DNA of 41,831 nucleotides from Perkinsus olseni (Eukaryota): NCBI GenBank assembly GCA_013115125.1, contig JABANN010000294.1, positions 1 to 41,831 of the forward strand, read 5' to 3'. Shown piece by piece: positions 1 to 12,301 of this stretch (position 1 is its first letter; each line of letters starts with the position of its first letter). The notes under the pieces were generated by a model. It saw only the letters and a program-made list of their open reading frames with translations, ran no database searches and was not told where the DNA came from. The position numbers and the translations under genes were made by a program.

Positions 1-421
1 ATAGGATACTTCAAGTCGCGTTTGGCAGTGGGTTCAAGTGTAACTCCATGGTTTGGCTTTGCCTTCGCAACTAATTTTCCGGTCAAAGAAGGCTTTTTGA
101 CTTTTCTCCTACTATTGGTACGCATCCTACTTTGATGCTTAACTCTTTTGTCACCTCTATTGTGAAGAACAACACATCAACAACGCTCAATCACTCACAT
201 ACTTGATCTTTTCCTTACTCGATCGGGCTTGGTTTGTTAATTATGGTATGCTGTTGAGGAATGAAGGTTCGATCTTGAAGTGAGTTTAAGGACTGGGAAG
301 GCGTTCAGGGGCGGTGTGCTATGGTGGATAGGCCTAACGTTAGTGACTGGTTCACATCCCGAAATTGAATGATGATTTTGGAGGTGCGAAGTGGCCAGCG
401 ACGATTAAAGCACCTCACAGC

Positions 422-1495
422 ATGATTCACTTCTTTTTCGCCCTATTTCAAGCCCCTCTTACGGCCCTCGCTGGGGGACCAGCTTGCCAGCTGACGTCAT
501 CCTCCCGCGTGGCGATCACCGGTGAAGGCGGCAACGAGAGAGTCGCCTTCAAGGTTGCCTGTAGTGGCGTCATGACAAATAGAAGTGCCTCCCAGGCATT
601 CCGCGACATGACTTTTAGTCCTCCTGGACTGTCCCTTATACACTCTTCTGTTGATGCATCAGCCGACGGCGTCTACGATTTCACGTACGTCATCAACACC
701 CAGCTGGGCATGTCGAAACCTGGCGTGTACACCATCACGGTCACCCTCGACGACGATCCTGATGTACAGCTTCACTTCGAGATCGACATGTGCAGTGGAC
801 TGTCTTGCCGCGAGTACAACTTCGTTGTCATCTCCACCCCTGCCGAGAGCGTCTTCGATATCCCGGCTGGAGAAGAGGCGGACATCTCCATCAAGGCCAC
901 CTCGGGGATGCCGTTAGCTCAGTTTAACGAGAATCCCTTCCCGCCGGACATCTACTGTGCATACGGCGAAGTGGCTGTCCCTGGCGATTCCACTCCCAGA
1001 GGAGATCAAACTACAGAAGCATGTCGATGGTTCCACCGCAGATTCAGCAGGATTATGCGAAGCGATCCTAGAATTGCCGAGAATCGCCTCAGAGTTCGTC
1101 CGACTGACTCTCAAGTCGGACGGACGTACAGGGCCTGTTGGACATTCTCGAGTGATCGGAATGCTACGCTCGTGCGGTACGCGAGGGACAACATGGGCAA
1201 CCTGGTGGCTTCAGATGAGAGGACGGCCTGTCTGAATGGCAGGGTAATCCCGGCGATAGAAAGGAATCAATCTGATGCAATGCCGGCCGTAAAAGAAGAA
1301 AAACCTGTTGCTACGGGCCGCCGCCAAAAGGCGTCATCACGGCCTGTTCGAGCTGTCTTGAAGCAAACCATGAAGGCTGCCTCCGCGCCGGAGAGCTTGA
1401 AGATTACAGGACCGAGCTCAGCCGGGGACTCTTCAATGAGGGCATCTCCTCTGCTGTTATCTATGCTTCTGTGTTTCGCCCACTTGTGGCGTTGA
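422..1495 (+). CDS. Intronless secreted, probably GPI-anchored surface protein (357 aa), orphan
   Basis: Long uninterrupted ORF. The ATG at 422 directly follows an acceptor-like 'ctcacag|c'. Hydrophobic N-terminus MIHFFFALFQAPLTALAG, beta-strand-rich body with 8 Cys (e.g. PGVYTITVTL), basic linker, and a small-residue stretch plus hydrophobic C-terminus (SSAGDSS...PLLLSMLLCFAHLWR). Confidence 0.7.
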   Translation: MIHFFFALFQAPLTALAGGPACQLTSSSRVAITGEGGNERVAFKVACSGVMTNRSASQAFRDMTFSPPGLSLIHSSVDASADGVYDFTYVINTQLGMSKPGVYTITVTLDDDPDVQLHFEIDMCSGLSCREYNFVVISTPAESVFDIPAGEEADISIKATSGMPLAQFNENPFPPDIYCAYGEVAVPGDSTPRGDQTTEACRWFHRRFSRIMRSDPRIAENRLRVRPTDSQVGRTYRACWTFSSDRNATLVRYARDNMGNLVASDERTACLNGRVIPAIERNQSDAMPAVKEEKPVATGRRQKASSRPVRAVLKQTMKAASAPESLKITGPSSAGDSSMRASPLLLSMLLCFAHLWR

Positions 1496-1862
1496 GTGTT
1501 CACCGAGCAAGACGTCGGAGTCACCCGACTTGTCATTCACCCCTCTTGTTGCCATGTATTGTTAAATGTGTTCTGATCATCTATTTGTCGTGTTAATAGT
1601 ACGGTTGAGCGATCTGAGAATATTCGGGTGACGGTAATCGCCGTGAGCCGCCAAACGGCAAGGAAGATTACAAGATTTCCTGACATCATGAGGAGCTACA
1701 GCTTTTGGTTTTCTATAAACCAGTCGAATGCCTCGTATGGTGAGTTTTTCGAGTGAGATTGGTCAACCTCGAGGATTCTGACCCTGCTTGCTTAAGAACC
1801 GTTGGTACTATGAGAGCAACGCAGCACGCAAAGGACACGGAGACCATTATTGTACTGAATAA

Positions 1863-1898
<36 letters not shown>
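1863..1898. repeat. (ATG)12 / (CAT)12 microsatellite just downstream of the SPT6 stop
   Basis: Perfect trinucleotide run read directly from the sequence. Confidence 0.95.
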
Positions 1899-1900
<2 letters not shown>

Positions 1901-1944
1901 TGATCAATATTCTCTTCGAGATTGTTTTACGTTCCACGCGATCA

Positions 1945-4900
1945 TCAGCGCTGCCATCCGTTCCAGGAATCGCCACCTGCAAGAGCCACCGACATCATAA
2001 TCCCAGCCGGGACCAATCCCGCGAGGCTCACCAGCGCGCTTCCACTGTCCCCACTCGTCCTTCGTCCAACCACTATCATTACCGCCACTCCAGTAGCTCT
2101 TTCCACCATAGGAGCCATCCTGCTGTCGCCAATTTCCGCTGCCACTATTGCCGCTGTTGCCCTGGTCCCATGACTGATAGCCCTACAACAGCTATCACGA
2201 ACAGGAGGAGCGCTTCGAGCAGCATTACATATTTCCAGCCTCCATTGTCTCCGCCAGCGTGGCCCCAGCTACCACCGCCATGGGAGTTGTTACCCCAAGA
2301 GTTGCCCCAGGAATCGTTCTGCTTCCACGAGCTTCCACTGCTGCTCCATTTGTCGCCGGTTTGATACCACGACTGACCCGACCCCTAGGAGCAGTCCGCT
2401 GAGCCACAATGCGACTGCACGATCCTGACCCACCTTCCAATCCTTCCAGTTGTCATTCTGATTGTCATTCTTATGATCAGCACCTGAACACTCCAAGTAG
2501 CAGTCGGACACGACGTCACCGTGTTAGCCCACCGTTCTGATCCTCGGCGACTTGCGGCGCCCCGCGTTGAGCCTTTAAGGCTGCCTGATGCTTCTTGGCA
2601 ATGTCGCGGTACTCCTTCACGTACCTACCAAGACGTCCCCGAACCACCACACAGCCAAGCCTTGGAGGGCCTACTGTTTTCGGTTGAAGAATCCCTCTTG
2701 CTTCCACCACTGTATCAGGCGATTCACGCTCTTGAAGGGGCCAGCGTTCCACAACTTGAACCTAGGAAAGACGCCTCCCCATCAGTCGGCCTCGGCTGGT
2801 CCCTACCCTCGGTGGGTGATGTGGACCGGCTCCTCGATGACCGCGTATTTGCCCGACTGATCTCTCTTCCCCGCCCACAACAACACCGCAGCGCCTCCCA
2901 TGGGCTTCCGCTCATCGAGAGTGAGGAAATATGCCACCTTAAGGAAGGCGGAGCGATGCAGATTGCCCCGTCCCCATCGACCGCTTACATGCTTGCTAGT
3001 ACTACTCAACTTAGTAGCCACGACAAGGTTCTTCACCTGTTCGACGTTGCCGCCCTGGTACTTCTCGAAGTTGGTGAAGTCAGTCAAGTACTTCATGTAC
3101 CTGTCAAACCCCGTCATTCCAATTTCAAGAAAGGTTGTTCTTACGGTTCAACGATCATGGCCTTGATCTGATCCAACTCGTCGAACTCCTCCGGTTCGCC
3201 AGGCAACTGAAGAGAGGGCAACGCTTAGTGATGGGTAGAGGGAGGACGGCCTGGCGGACCTTATAGACCATCTTGGCGTTGCCTAGGGTGTTCTGCTGGG
3301 CCGCCTGCTGAGTAAATTTACTCTTAGCTTCTTGAAAGACAAACTGCTTCACCCAGTCGCTGCTGGCTCGGTTGCCTGAATCCACGAGGAGCTCCTCCTC
3401 CGATAGACTACTCGCTCGGTCAAGCTCACCTTGCTTGATCTTGATCATGCAGATGTAGTGGCCTTGGTGACTCGTACTGGGACGGAACAGGACCTCTCCG
3501 ATAGGAATAGAGGGGGACTCAAGGTACTAGCAACGAGACCATCAACAGAATCACCTTCAAGCGACCCTATCAATTACCGCCATCGCTGCGCTGTGGGAGA
3601 TCTCCTTATAATTGTCGTGTCTGATGATACGCCTTCCACGTATGGAGGCTGCGGCGTCAAGACCCTGCTTCTGAGTGACCACCACCTTGCCGAGACCCCG
3701 GAGTTCCCTGAGGCGATAACCGTCGACCCAGTAGCGCCTCCAGTCCAGGCCTTACCGGAAGTCTTCGCTCTTGGCCACCAGTCTTGGGTCCTGGTCGATG
3801 ATCTCCCTCTGCTCGTAATCTGTGATGTCCTCGACTGTCACATCCACCTTGAACCTGACGCATGACGAGAGTCTACCACTCCGACCGGACGCCGGCTGCC
3901 GCCTACACGTCAGGCTTGATATGAGTCACTCTTGCTGTGAGCAAGTCGCCTTGATTCCAAGTACCCTTGGCGTTCTCTATCTCATTGTTTCTCTGAACAC
4001 TTAGCCATTCCCACCCCGCACCATGGCTGAAACGACCTACCTTGTCCCACTTGAAGAAGAACCCATCACAACGGTTTTGGAGTAACCGCACCTTCACCTT
4101 ATCGTTGAAGCTTCCGTCGATGACTTCGCATTGCACCACCGTATTCTAAGAGCCACTCGCCTGCCGGCATCCCGGAGTCCAGCAGGCCTACCTTCCCTAG
4201 GGACTGTGATGTCTCTCCAGTGCAGGCCTCGAAGACCGCCTGAGCTGTTGGAGGTTCCCAGCGAGAGGCGTAGTTATAGTAGGGGCTGAGGATAAGACGA
4301 CAATGTCCGAGGCAGAGCAGTAGAGGACAGCGGACCTGTGGATCTCGCTAGCAATATCTTGTTTTATGTATCCGACCATCTCCGACTTCAACGCCCCCTT
4401 ATCGACCTAATGACACCGTGATGATATCCTTGGCCGGCAACAGCGGGGCTGTGGTTCCCACCTCCCTATCAGTGTACTGCTCCGGAAGATCATCACTGCT
4501 CAGCATGGCGTCCACAAGGCTCTCCAAGTTAGCCGAGACAGCGTCGAAGTCTTGCATGGTCGACTGAAGTCAATGAAGACGTCCAAGGCTGCAGCCCTGG
4601 CAGGAGACCTACCGGTAGACACATACGCTTCTTGATAAGGGAGAGCATGCTCTTCTCGTCAGCGGCATCCGCTGCTCCCGAGGAATGCCAAGCAATACGG
4701 CAAGCTTCCTTCGCAACTGAAGGTCAAAGCATCACTCCACTCAGCTGTGAGACCAGCCGTCCCTACCCGGCCAAGTGTCCCTTGCCAATCGAGTGAGCTC
4801 GAAGGGGTGAGGGTTCGAGACTGCGGCCAACACCTCCTCGAAGGTCACGTCCTCTCCATGAACAGCACACAGAACGCCACGGGCCCTGAAATCCAGGCCT

Positions 4901-7900
4901 AGTGGCGAAGGGCACGGGGGATGGTCCCTCACTCATCGAACTCAGCGTTCTCCCAGTCCATATCGGTCTTGCCCCGATGTCTGTTTTTCTTAAAGCTTTT
5001 ACGCTTACCTGTGGAGAGAACAAATCGGGATGGTCAGCCACCATGGACCTCGCTATCTCACCTGCTGCCACTGCTTGCAGGAGCTTCTCCATGTCAGGGG
5101 AGAGTCTCATGAAGGGCTGGCAGTTTTGCCAAACGACATCGCCAAGCAGCTGCCGTAGTCGGGCCTACTCCGCCACAGCAAGGATAGATCGAATGCCATG
5201 AACACAGGACCTACCTGCCGAGGGCTCAGACCCTTCCACGCCTCGCTGACGTCCTCCCTTTCCAAGCCTCGAACGACGACGTCTAAAAGAAGCTGAGTGT
5301 TGTGCTATGCTGAACCGATGATCACACTCACCGCTCCGTCTGAGGAGGATGTTGGCCTTCCTAGGTCCGAGGCCGGCCACGAACTTCAATACCCCCGACC
5401 GATGCGGGGACCTCGCGCAGACGTTGAGGTCGACTCCCACTTGGTTGACGCGTCTAATGATCTCATGCGACAGCGCCTCCCGGAGGATGAATCGATCGCA
5501 GTTGGCCTAAGAGAAGGAGGACTCCAAGATCGCCCAGGGGCCCACCTCCTCACCTGGCAAGGGTCGAGAGGGATGTCCTGAAGGGCGCTGTGGCCGCTGG
5601 GTTCATCGGACCACAGCTGCACTGTCTCTGCTAGAGGGTCCTGCATGAACCTACCACCACCAGGGATGCCGCCTGATCCAGAACGATAATGAAGGCCTAC
5701 CGGCACATGGAGAGGCCCAGCCTCTGTAGGAAGGTGAGGCCATCCTTCTCTGCCTTGTTCGACCGCATAGCTGAGGCGAGGGGACATATCAGCAGGCATT
5801 GAGCAGACCGAAGGCTCACCAACAATGCGGGGTATGGTCGGATCGCCCCACACAACCTGTGGTGACGGCAGGACAGACTTGCTCTGCTTCAGGACTGGAT
5901 GGGTGGACACCAGCTGAAGACAAGATAGAGTCGTCCCAGTCTCAGATGGCAGAGGTTTGCCCACCCAGGAGCAGCTGTCCGAGAGGTCCCTCATGAGGCC
6001 TCGGCAGCGAATGTCCATGGCACAGACCACGACCACTGCCGGGACGTAGCGAGATATCTTCTCCTCGAACTTCTTCATATCAGCCTTATGGCGGTCCTCA
6101 GCTGAGCAGCGAAAACACCGTCCAAGTTAGCAACGTGAAGATATTAGCATCACCTGACTTGGGAGCTACTAACCAGTCCAGCTGGGTGACGTCTAACAGA
6201 GTTCCATCAACATCAGCCGTGACCAGGTGGCAACGTGTGCCGTTCTGGACCCTGAGGAGGAGGAGGCACCAGCGATGACAGCAGCAAGCTCGAGCCACAG
6301 CCCTCCCCCTACTTTTCCATCACAACAGCCGAGGCTCGGAAGTACTTCAGCTTCCTCAGCGCCACTTGACGATCAATGTCCCGTTGCCGATCCATAAAGT
6401 CAACATCATCCATGCCTCCGTGTGGAGAGTCATCATCGTCATCCCCAGCAGCAGCCGCGGCGGCATCCTCCTCATTGATGTCGGCCGAGTCCGCCTCCGT
6501 ACTTGGCTCGTACGGCCTTCGACCTATGATATTACCCAGAGCAGCGGCCTGCCAACAGACACACCTCGGAGGGAAAATATACCAGCTCTCCTTACGCAGC
6601 TCTCAGCGATAAGTCTATCGGACTCCCGCTTCATCCGAGCCCTCATCTCCTTCCTCATGCTGATGTAAATGCTCTGCACTGCCTGCCTGGCCGCGCCCAG
6701 TACAAACTCCCTCCAGTCGTCCTGCCTCACAGCATACATATCGACCAAGCGACGCAGATAGCAGTCCTCTCCCAGCAGCGTATTAGGCTCGACTGCCTCG
6801 GAGACCATAGCACCCGCATTGGCCCGGCGGGACTGCGTCCACTGGTGCAGCAGAAGGCCGAGACGACAGTACCTCATCAGAGCACCGTGGTTGCCGGCTG
6901 GGACAGGTTTATTGTTTTCTAAGGCTTGGATGGCCTTGAAGATGAGACTGTAGTTGGCCGACATCTGGGCCTCAGTGAAGGTGTCCACTACGATCTTGTC
7001 GGGGTCCTCATAGTCGGCCCAGACTATGTCAACCGTGATGGAACCCTGGGCCTCCAACGCGCAGATCCGAGACCAGGTGGAGCCGATACAGGAGCAGATG
7101 GGCTTCATGCAGAGGCGGGAGACCAGGTAGTCGGGAGAGGTGGCTGAAGGCTTGAAGGCGCCAACGGGCATGGTACAGACATGAGCTCGACGCCACAGGA
7201 CTCGTCGGAAGAAGCGCCGCGTGCCGATATCGGAAGCTGGAAAGAAAAAGAATGCGGCATCAGGTCGACGGAGCGATGCACTTACCAATATTCCTAGCCA
7301 TGAACTGAGCGAGGGCGTCGACCAGCCTCTTCTCGTTGTGGAAGATGAGGCCTGACTTGCCCTGGCATTGGGCGTGGACCCAGTCCGATAGCAACGGTCG
7401 GTCGATAACGGCAGGGGCGAAGTTGTGGCCGACCAACAGGGACTCGCCGAGCTGCCGGGAATCAGCGATGAGGACGCCGCCCCACTGCTGCGAGGAGCTA
7501 CCTGTTGAGGGTCCATGCCGATGACCTCCTCCAGGGCCCGATCAAGGCCTGCATCAGTGATGACCCGATAGAGGGAGTCGTCAACACGCTGAGATAGGTA
7601 GGGGTGTAGACGCGGCAGAGGAGGGGGTCCGCTACTACCAAGTGGGACTTGTGTACTATTGCCAGACTCTCAAGGCCTGTGCTCTGCAGACGACGAAGCT
7701 TCGGCTCCACTTGGACCTGGAAGGGAGGTTCTGGTGATAGACCTGCTGGCGCATTGAGGATTGCTGTGCACAGACTGCCGAGTTCTGCTCTGTACATGCG
7801 TGCAACGGTTCCGCAACAACTCAGCTTCACAACCGAATACTCGTCTACACGTTGTTAATAGCGGGAAGCCTTACTGAGATCATCAGGGTCACATCCCGCA

Positions 7901-10900
7901 GTGTCTCGGCATAGGTCTCGTCTATTTGGGATGAGGAGAGATCATCAAGCCGTGACAACAGCATTGTTATCTGACTGTTGGCCTAAATATAGAAGGGCAC
8001 TCATAGAGGGGCTCCATCAGTACACCATTGCCACCTTAACAACCCTATCGCGAAGCTGCGGCGACATCGCCTCCTTCTCGGCATGCTCGGTTGTGGCCTG
8101 TTCCATCATCTCATTATCGATGTCCAATGCCCGCTGCAGCGAGCTGAAATGATCACGACAACGTAGGTGTGCAGGGGGACGGCTGAGGGAGGCAACAGCA
8201 GCAGCCTTACTCCTTGTATCCCTGAAGCTTCTCAGCCATATTCTGTTTGACTCTCTTGATGTCGATCCACTGTCTGTCGAAGTCCATGATGGTCCACAGG
8301 TCCTGTTCGTCCAACACAGGACGATACTTGCAGCGAAGCATCCTACCAACACGCCCAGCATCGCTGTGATCAAGGGGATGTAGCCTAGCACTACCCGTTC
8401 CAGATGGTAGGGATCTCATAGCCTCGGCCCTTGACATCCCTCAAGAGGACTTCTATGAGGGGTATGATCTGGAATCTGATAAGAATGGGTATCATAGCTG
8501 GTCGAGGGGCGAGCTGCCCTACTTGTAGCTATCATCAGCGAACACTTGAGAGTACGAGGACGGTGTGGTACTGTAGGCATCGGGATTGGCGAAGACGTCC
8601 GCCTGATGAGAATGATGAATGTTATGCTAATCAAGGCATAGACTTATAGTGAAGAAGGCCAGCGTGTCACGGCTGTCCAGAAGCAGATAGAGCCAGCGGA
8701 AATGGCAGGCGTTGTTTAAAAGTGATATGCTGCCGCATCTCACTGCACGCTGGCTCACCCCCTATTATTAACCTCCTGTATACTAGCTGGGAAGTAGAGG
8801 TCGCAAGAGAGGATAGTTAAAGGCACTAGGATTGATCACCCTACCAACAATTACCCGTTCCCTTATCTTAGCGTATATCCACTTAGCCTCTACGCTCCAT
8901 TCCTGATTATACATCTCCTTATCAGTAGCAGCCTTAGCAGCAGACTCGGCCTCAGCAGGGTCCAAAGCCACCTAGAACCACCATACCACCCGTCCACCAC
9001 TTCGCCCAGGCACTACCCCCTCTGCTCCCACAGCAGCCGGAACAGCCTTGAAAGCTGCTATACACCTAGCCGCAGCATTGGGACCATAGACAGCTTGATA
9101 ACGTTCGGGGATCTGACGACCACTTGAACCGCCAAAAAAGAAGCTCTCAGGCAAGCAGTACATTAGCCCGAGCGATGGCCTGGTCCTTAGCCGTCACGAA
9201 TCGAGCGGCGACTTCCTCAGGATCGAAGCGGGCCTACACAAGAGGACGTGCAGGGGTAAGATGTGCTGTGAGGTTGTAGTACCTCGAGGTCCTTCTCAGG
9301 GTCGGCTGCGGCGCCTTCGGCTATCTCCACGTCCCTATCCTCCTCCTGTTGCTGCTGTATGGCGGACATACGACCAGCTGCTAGGTTGAGGACTCGGGCG
9401 TCACCGAAGACCTCCTGAGAGAGGGAAGACAGTGAAGAACTATACAGCGGTGACTGCTTCGCTTTACATCGATCTCCTGCAGCAAGCCGGCCATGTCCTC
9501 TCCGTACCTGAGGCGACTCGTAGAAGTGGTAGTCAGATGTCGTCCCCGAGGAGAGGAAAATGGCGCGGTCGAATGGTTCGGGAAAGAGTCTACCCAGCCC
9601 TGCCAAGTACCGTTCAGCATATTCTCTTCCCCTATTGGGTAGATCGTCATCATCGTCATCACGGCCAGCATCGCCGGCCTCTCGCACCTGCACGAGCGGT
9701 CGAACGAGTCCTCCATCCGGACTTGCGGCCAGCAACGGTTGCTGAGCAACCACTGCTGAGCCTACAATGAAGTCTGCCAGAGAGTCATTATCGGAGTCCT
9801 CATCTCTCCGATCTCTGCGTGCTGCCGGGGACCGACCCTGGTCAGCTGCCAAGCCGTCCTGAAGGAGGCACTCTACCCGGGGCATAGGGATTTGGTAGTG
9901 AGCGAACTACTGCAAAATCATCATCGTCAAACAGACGGTCCTCCAGAGCATCCGCGGAGGTCGCTGTGATGTGCTGGGCCTTGGTGAAGTCCCTAAAAAC
10001 AATCAACATGAAGCGGATATCCATACTCAAAGTAAGCCCTTACTTCTGCTTCTTCAGTCTAGAGAAGCCCTTCTTCCTCCCTCCTAGAAGGCTATCGTCA
10101 TCAGAGTCGTCATCACCAGCACCCCCAGCAGACGAGGAGGCACCTGACCACACCGAGTATTGATGAGGCAATCACCGAGCCTCGGACCACCTTCAGCTCC
10201 TGCAGTTGCACCGGTATCAGCGTTAGCTTCCCCTGCCTTGGCAGCAGCGGCCTTCCTCGCCATGATGCGGGCATACCTATCGAAAAGAGGAGGGATAGTC
10301 GGAAGCCCCTCGCTGCTGCCTACGCTTCGGGGTTGGTCTCCTTCACAATGAGGAGATCACCATCATCGATATCATCAGGGTCGAGGTCGCTGGCCTCGTC
10401 CTCGCTCGAGGAACCTGAGGGAAGCAGCTCCTCCTACTGCCACGGCCCACCTCCACCCATCCCCCTACTGTCACTAGAATTATCTCCGTCGCTTCCTTCG
10501 TTATCCTCGTCGTCTACTACGAAGCCATCATTCTCGAAGCCCATGGCTGTGACCTTGGACTGCCAACGACGGATCAACCTCAGAGACTGCGTCGAAGAGC
10601 GGCGGCACTCACTGGTGACTTCCCCGGGGACCGACTGGCTTCCTCCTCTCCTTTGTCCTGACCTCGATCGCCTTCGTCGTCATCAGACCCGGAGGAGGAG
10701 CTGGAGTCGTCCGAATCCGACCCACCTGCTAGAAACCGCTATGCCTGCTGAGCCCAATGGAGGTCTTACTCCCACTCTCATCGAGGTTCTCCCCTTCCTC
10801 CTCGCCGGAAGACGACGAGGACACGTCATCTGAAGGCAATCGCTATCGGCCTGACTACCCCCGCCAATTCACCACTACCATCATCCTCATCATCCTTCCT

Positions 10901-10954
10901 CTTCCGCTTGTTCCGGTTACCTGCCTCGTCGCTTGCCCCGCGCTTTAGGACCAT
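1945..10954 (-). CDS. SPT6: Transcription elongation factor / histone chaperone SPT6, multi-exon, with a WG/GW-rich C-terminal extension
   Basis: Spliced exons give, in order: acidic N-terminus (MVLKRGASDEAGNRNKRKRKDDEDD..., FENDGFVVDDEDNE); IPERYQ; YqgF-like YVPAVVVVCAMDIRCRGLMRDL; FMQDPLAETVQLW; HhH GVDLNVCARSPHRSGVLKFVAGLGPRKANILL; S1 VQCEVIDGSFNDKVKVRL; tandem SH2 (RRIIRHDNYKEISHSAAMA, EVLFRPSTSHQGHY, FKLWNAGPFKSVNRLIQWWK). Stop TGA at 1945. Confidence 0.9.
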
Positions 10955-11098
10955 TTGTGATGGGCAGTGACTAATCAGGAGTCCAACGTGTCGACACAAC
11001 AACACCCATACCCGTCGTCTGCACTGTGAACGCTGAACCATTTAGTGAGGAGAAGGAACGTAGTATGACAACAGAAGGTATGGTGGACAGCAGGGAGC

Positions 11099-12105
11099 CT
11101 ATCGACGGCGACGACCCCGAGTGACTGTCTGGAAGCCATCCTCGTCCACTTCCGGCTCGACCTTCTCCTTAGTCTGCTGCTGACCTAACATGAGCATCAA
11201 CATGATTGAGAAAGGCAGAGCATAGAGGCAGGTATACTCTGCTGGGAGGGAAGGTCTTCCTCATCCTCCTCTTCTCCCGAGGACTCCTCGCCCTCTTCAG
11301 CGCACTGCTCCAGCACCTACCCGGCGAGGGGTTGGGATGGGTGATGAGTGGTCGAAGGCCGCTTACCTTAGACTGGTCACGGTTCTGTGTAGCACTCATA
11401 ACCTCTCGAGCAATGGTGAGGTCACCCCGGCTACAGGACTCCCATAGACGAATGAGCATGTAGGCCACCTCCTCATCGGACCCATCCTCCAACACCTACC
11501 GAGGCCATACCCGACACGACCTCGGTATGATCGTCATGCTTACGCAGAAGGTTCACTATCTCAGAAGCGCGATAATTACCGTGCTACAGCACTTTTCCCA
11601 CCACTACCACTACAACCCCACCGAGTCCCTTCACTTCGCCCACTGCGAGAATTTCTCCACTACTCGAGGCTCCGACGATTCTCAACCCAGGGGGAAATCC
11701 TCGTGCAAGTTATACAAGACGACAATACAGTAGTCCGCTTCCGACATCCCTCGCTACCCCTATTCTCCCCCCTGCCGCCCCCCAGGCCCGGGTATTACCA
11801 TTTGGAAGTTGCTTGCTATCATCTCGAACAGCTTATCAGCCAACTTCACCACTTGATCATTGTTCTCACTCGACAACTTAGCCCCACCCGTTCGTAGATC
11901 CGCGATCACCGACTCGGCGATAGTCTCGATACGCTGGGAGGCTTCCCTGAGTACTTCCAGCCTTCTTACCAATGCCGTCCCCATCAGTGCACTACCTAGG
12001 GTTGCAGTCACAGTTCTCCTTAGCTAGAGTCAAGGCAGTCCAATTGGTAAAGACGTGGTGGACGCCATCAAGGAAGGCCCGCTCGCAGTCTGCTGCAGAG
12101 GACAT
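11099..12105 (-). CDS. TSR2: Pre-rRNA processing protein TSR2 (eS26 escortin), multi-exon
   Basis: MSSAADCERAFLDGVHHVFTNWTALTLAKEN (WGG-domain start), ...FEMIASNFQM|VLEDGSDEEVAYMLIRLW, acidic linker, and C-terminal VDEDGFQTVTRGRRRR*. Confidence 0.8.
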
Positions 12106-12301
12106 AACACAATATCAAGGGTATTGCTGGGAAGGAAGGGCTGGGTGCACTCAATTGATAATGAGCCGTCAGTACACTCTCATGTCACTTATATTTCTGC
12201 CCGTTCGTAAAAATTTGGTATGAACGCGCCTGTATGGAAGGATGGTCCACTCAACTCTCAATAGATTCCAGAAACTCTAGGCACATACTCAGGCATGCTA
12301 A

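Noticed and set aside
1-210. Possible minus-strand exon running off the window (basic, K/R-rich frame after a gtgagt...caatag intron)
   Set aside because: Too short and truncated to support.
1713-1982. Minus-strand ORF with a poly-His tract
   Set aside because: The His run is just the (CAT)12 microsatellite downstream of the SPT6 stop. Splice phase puts the last SPT6 exon in the GGDSWNGWQR* frame instead.
2521-10948. Numerous plus-strand ORFs, up to 216 aa
   Set aside because: Antisense shadows of GC-rich SPT6 exons with no recognisable motifs.
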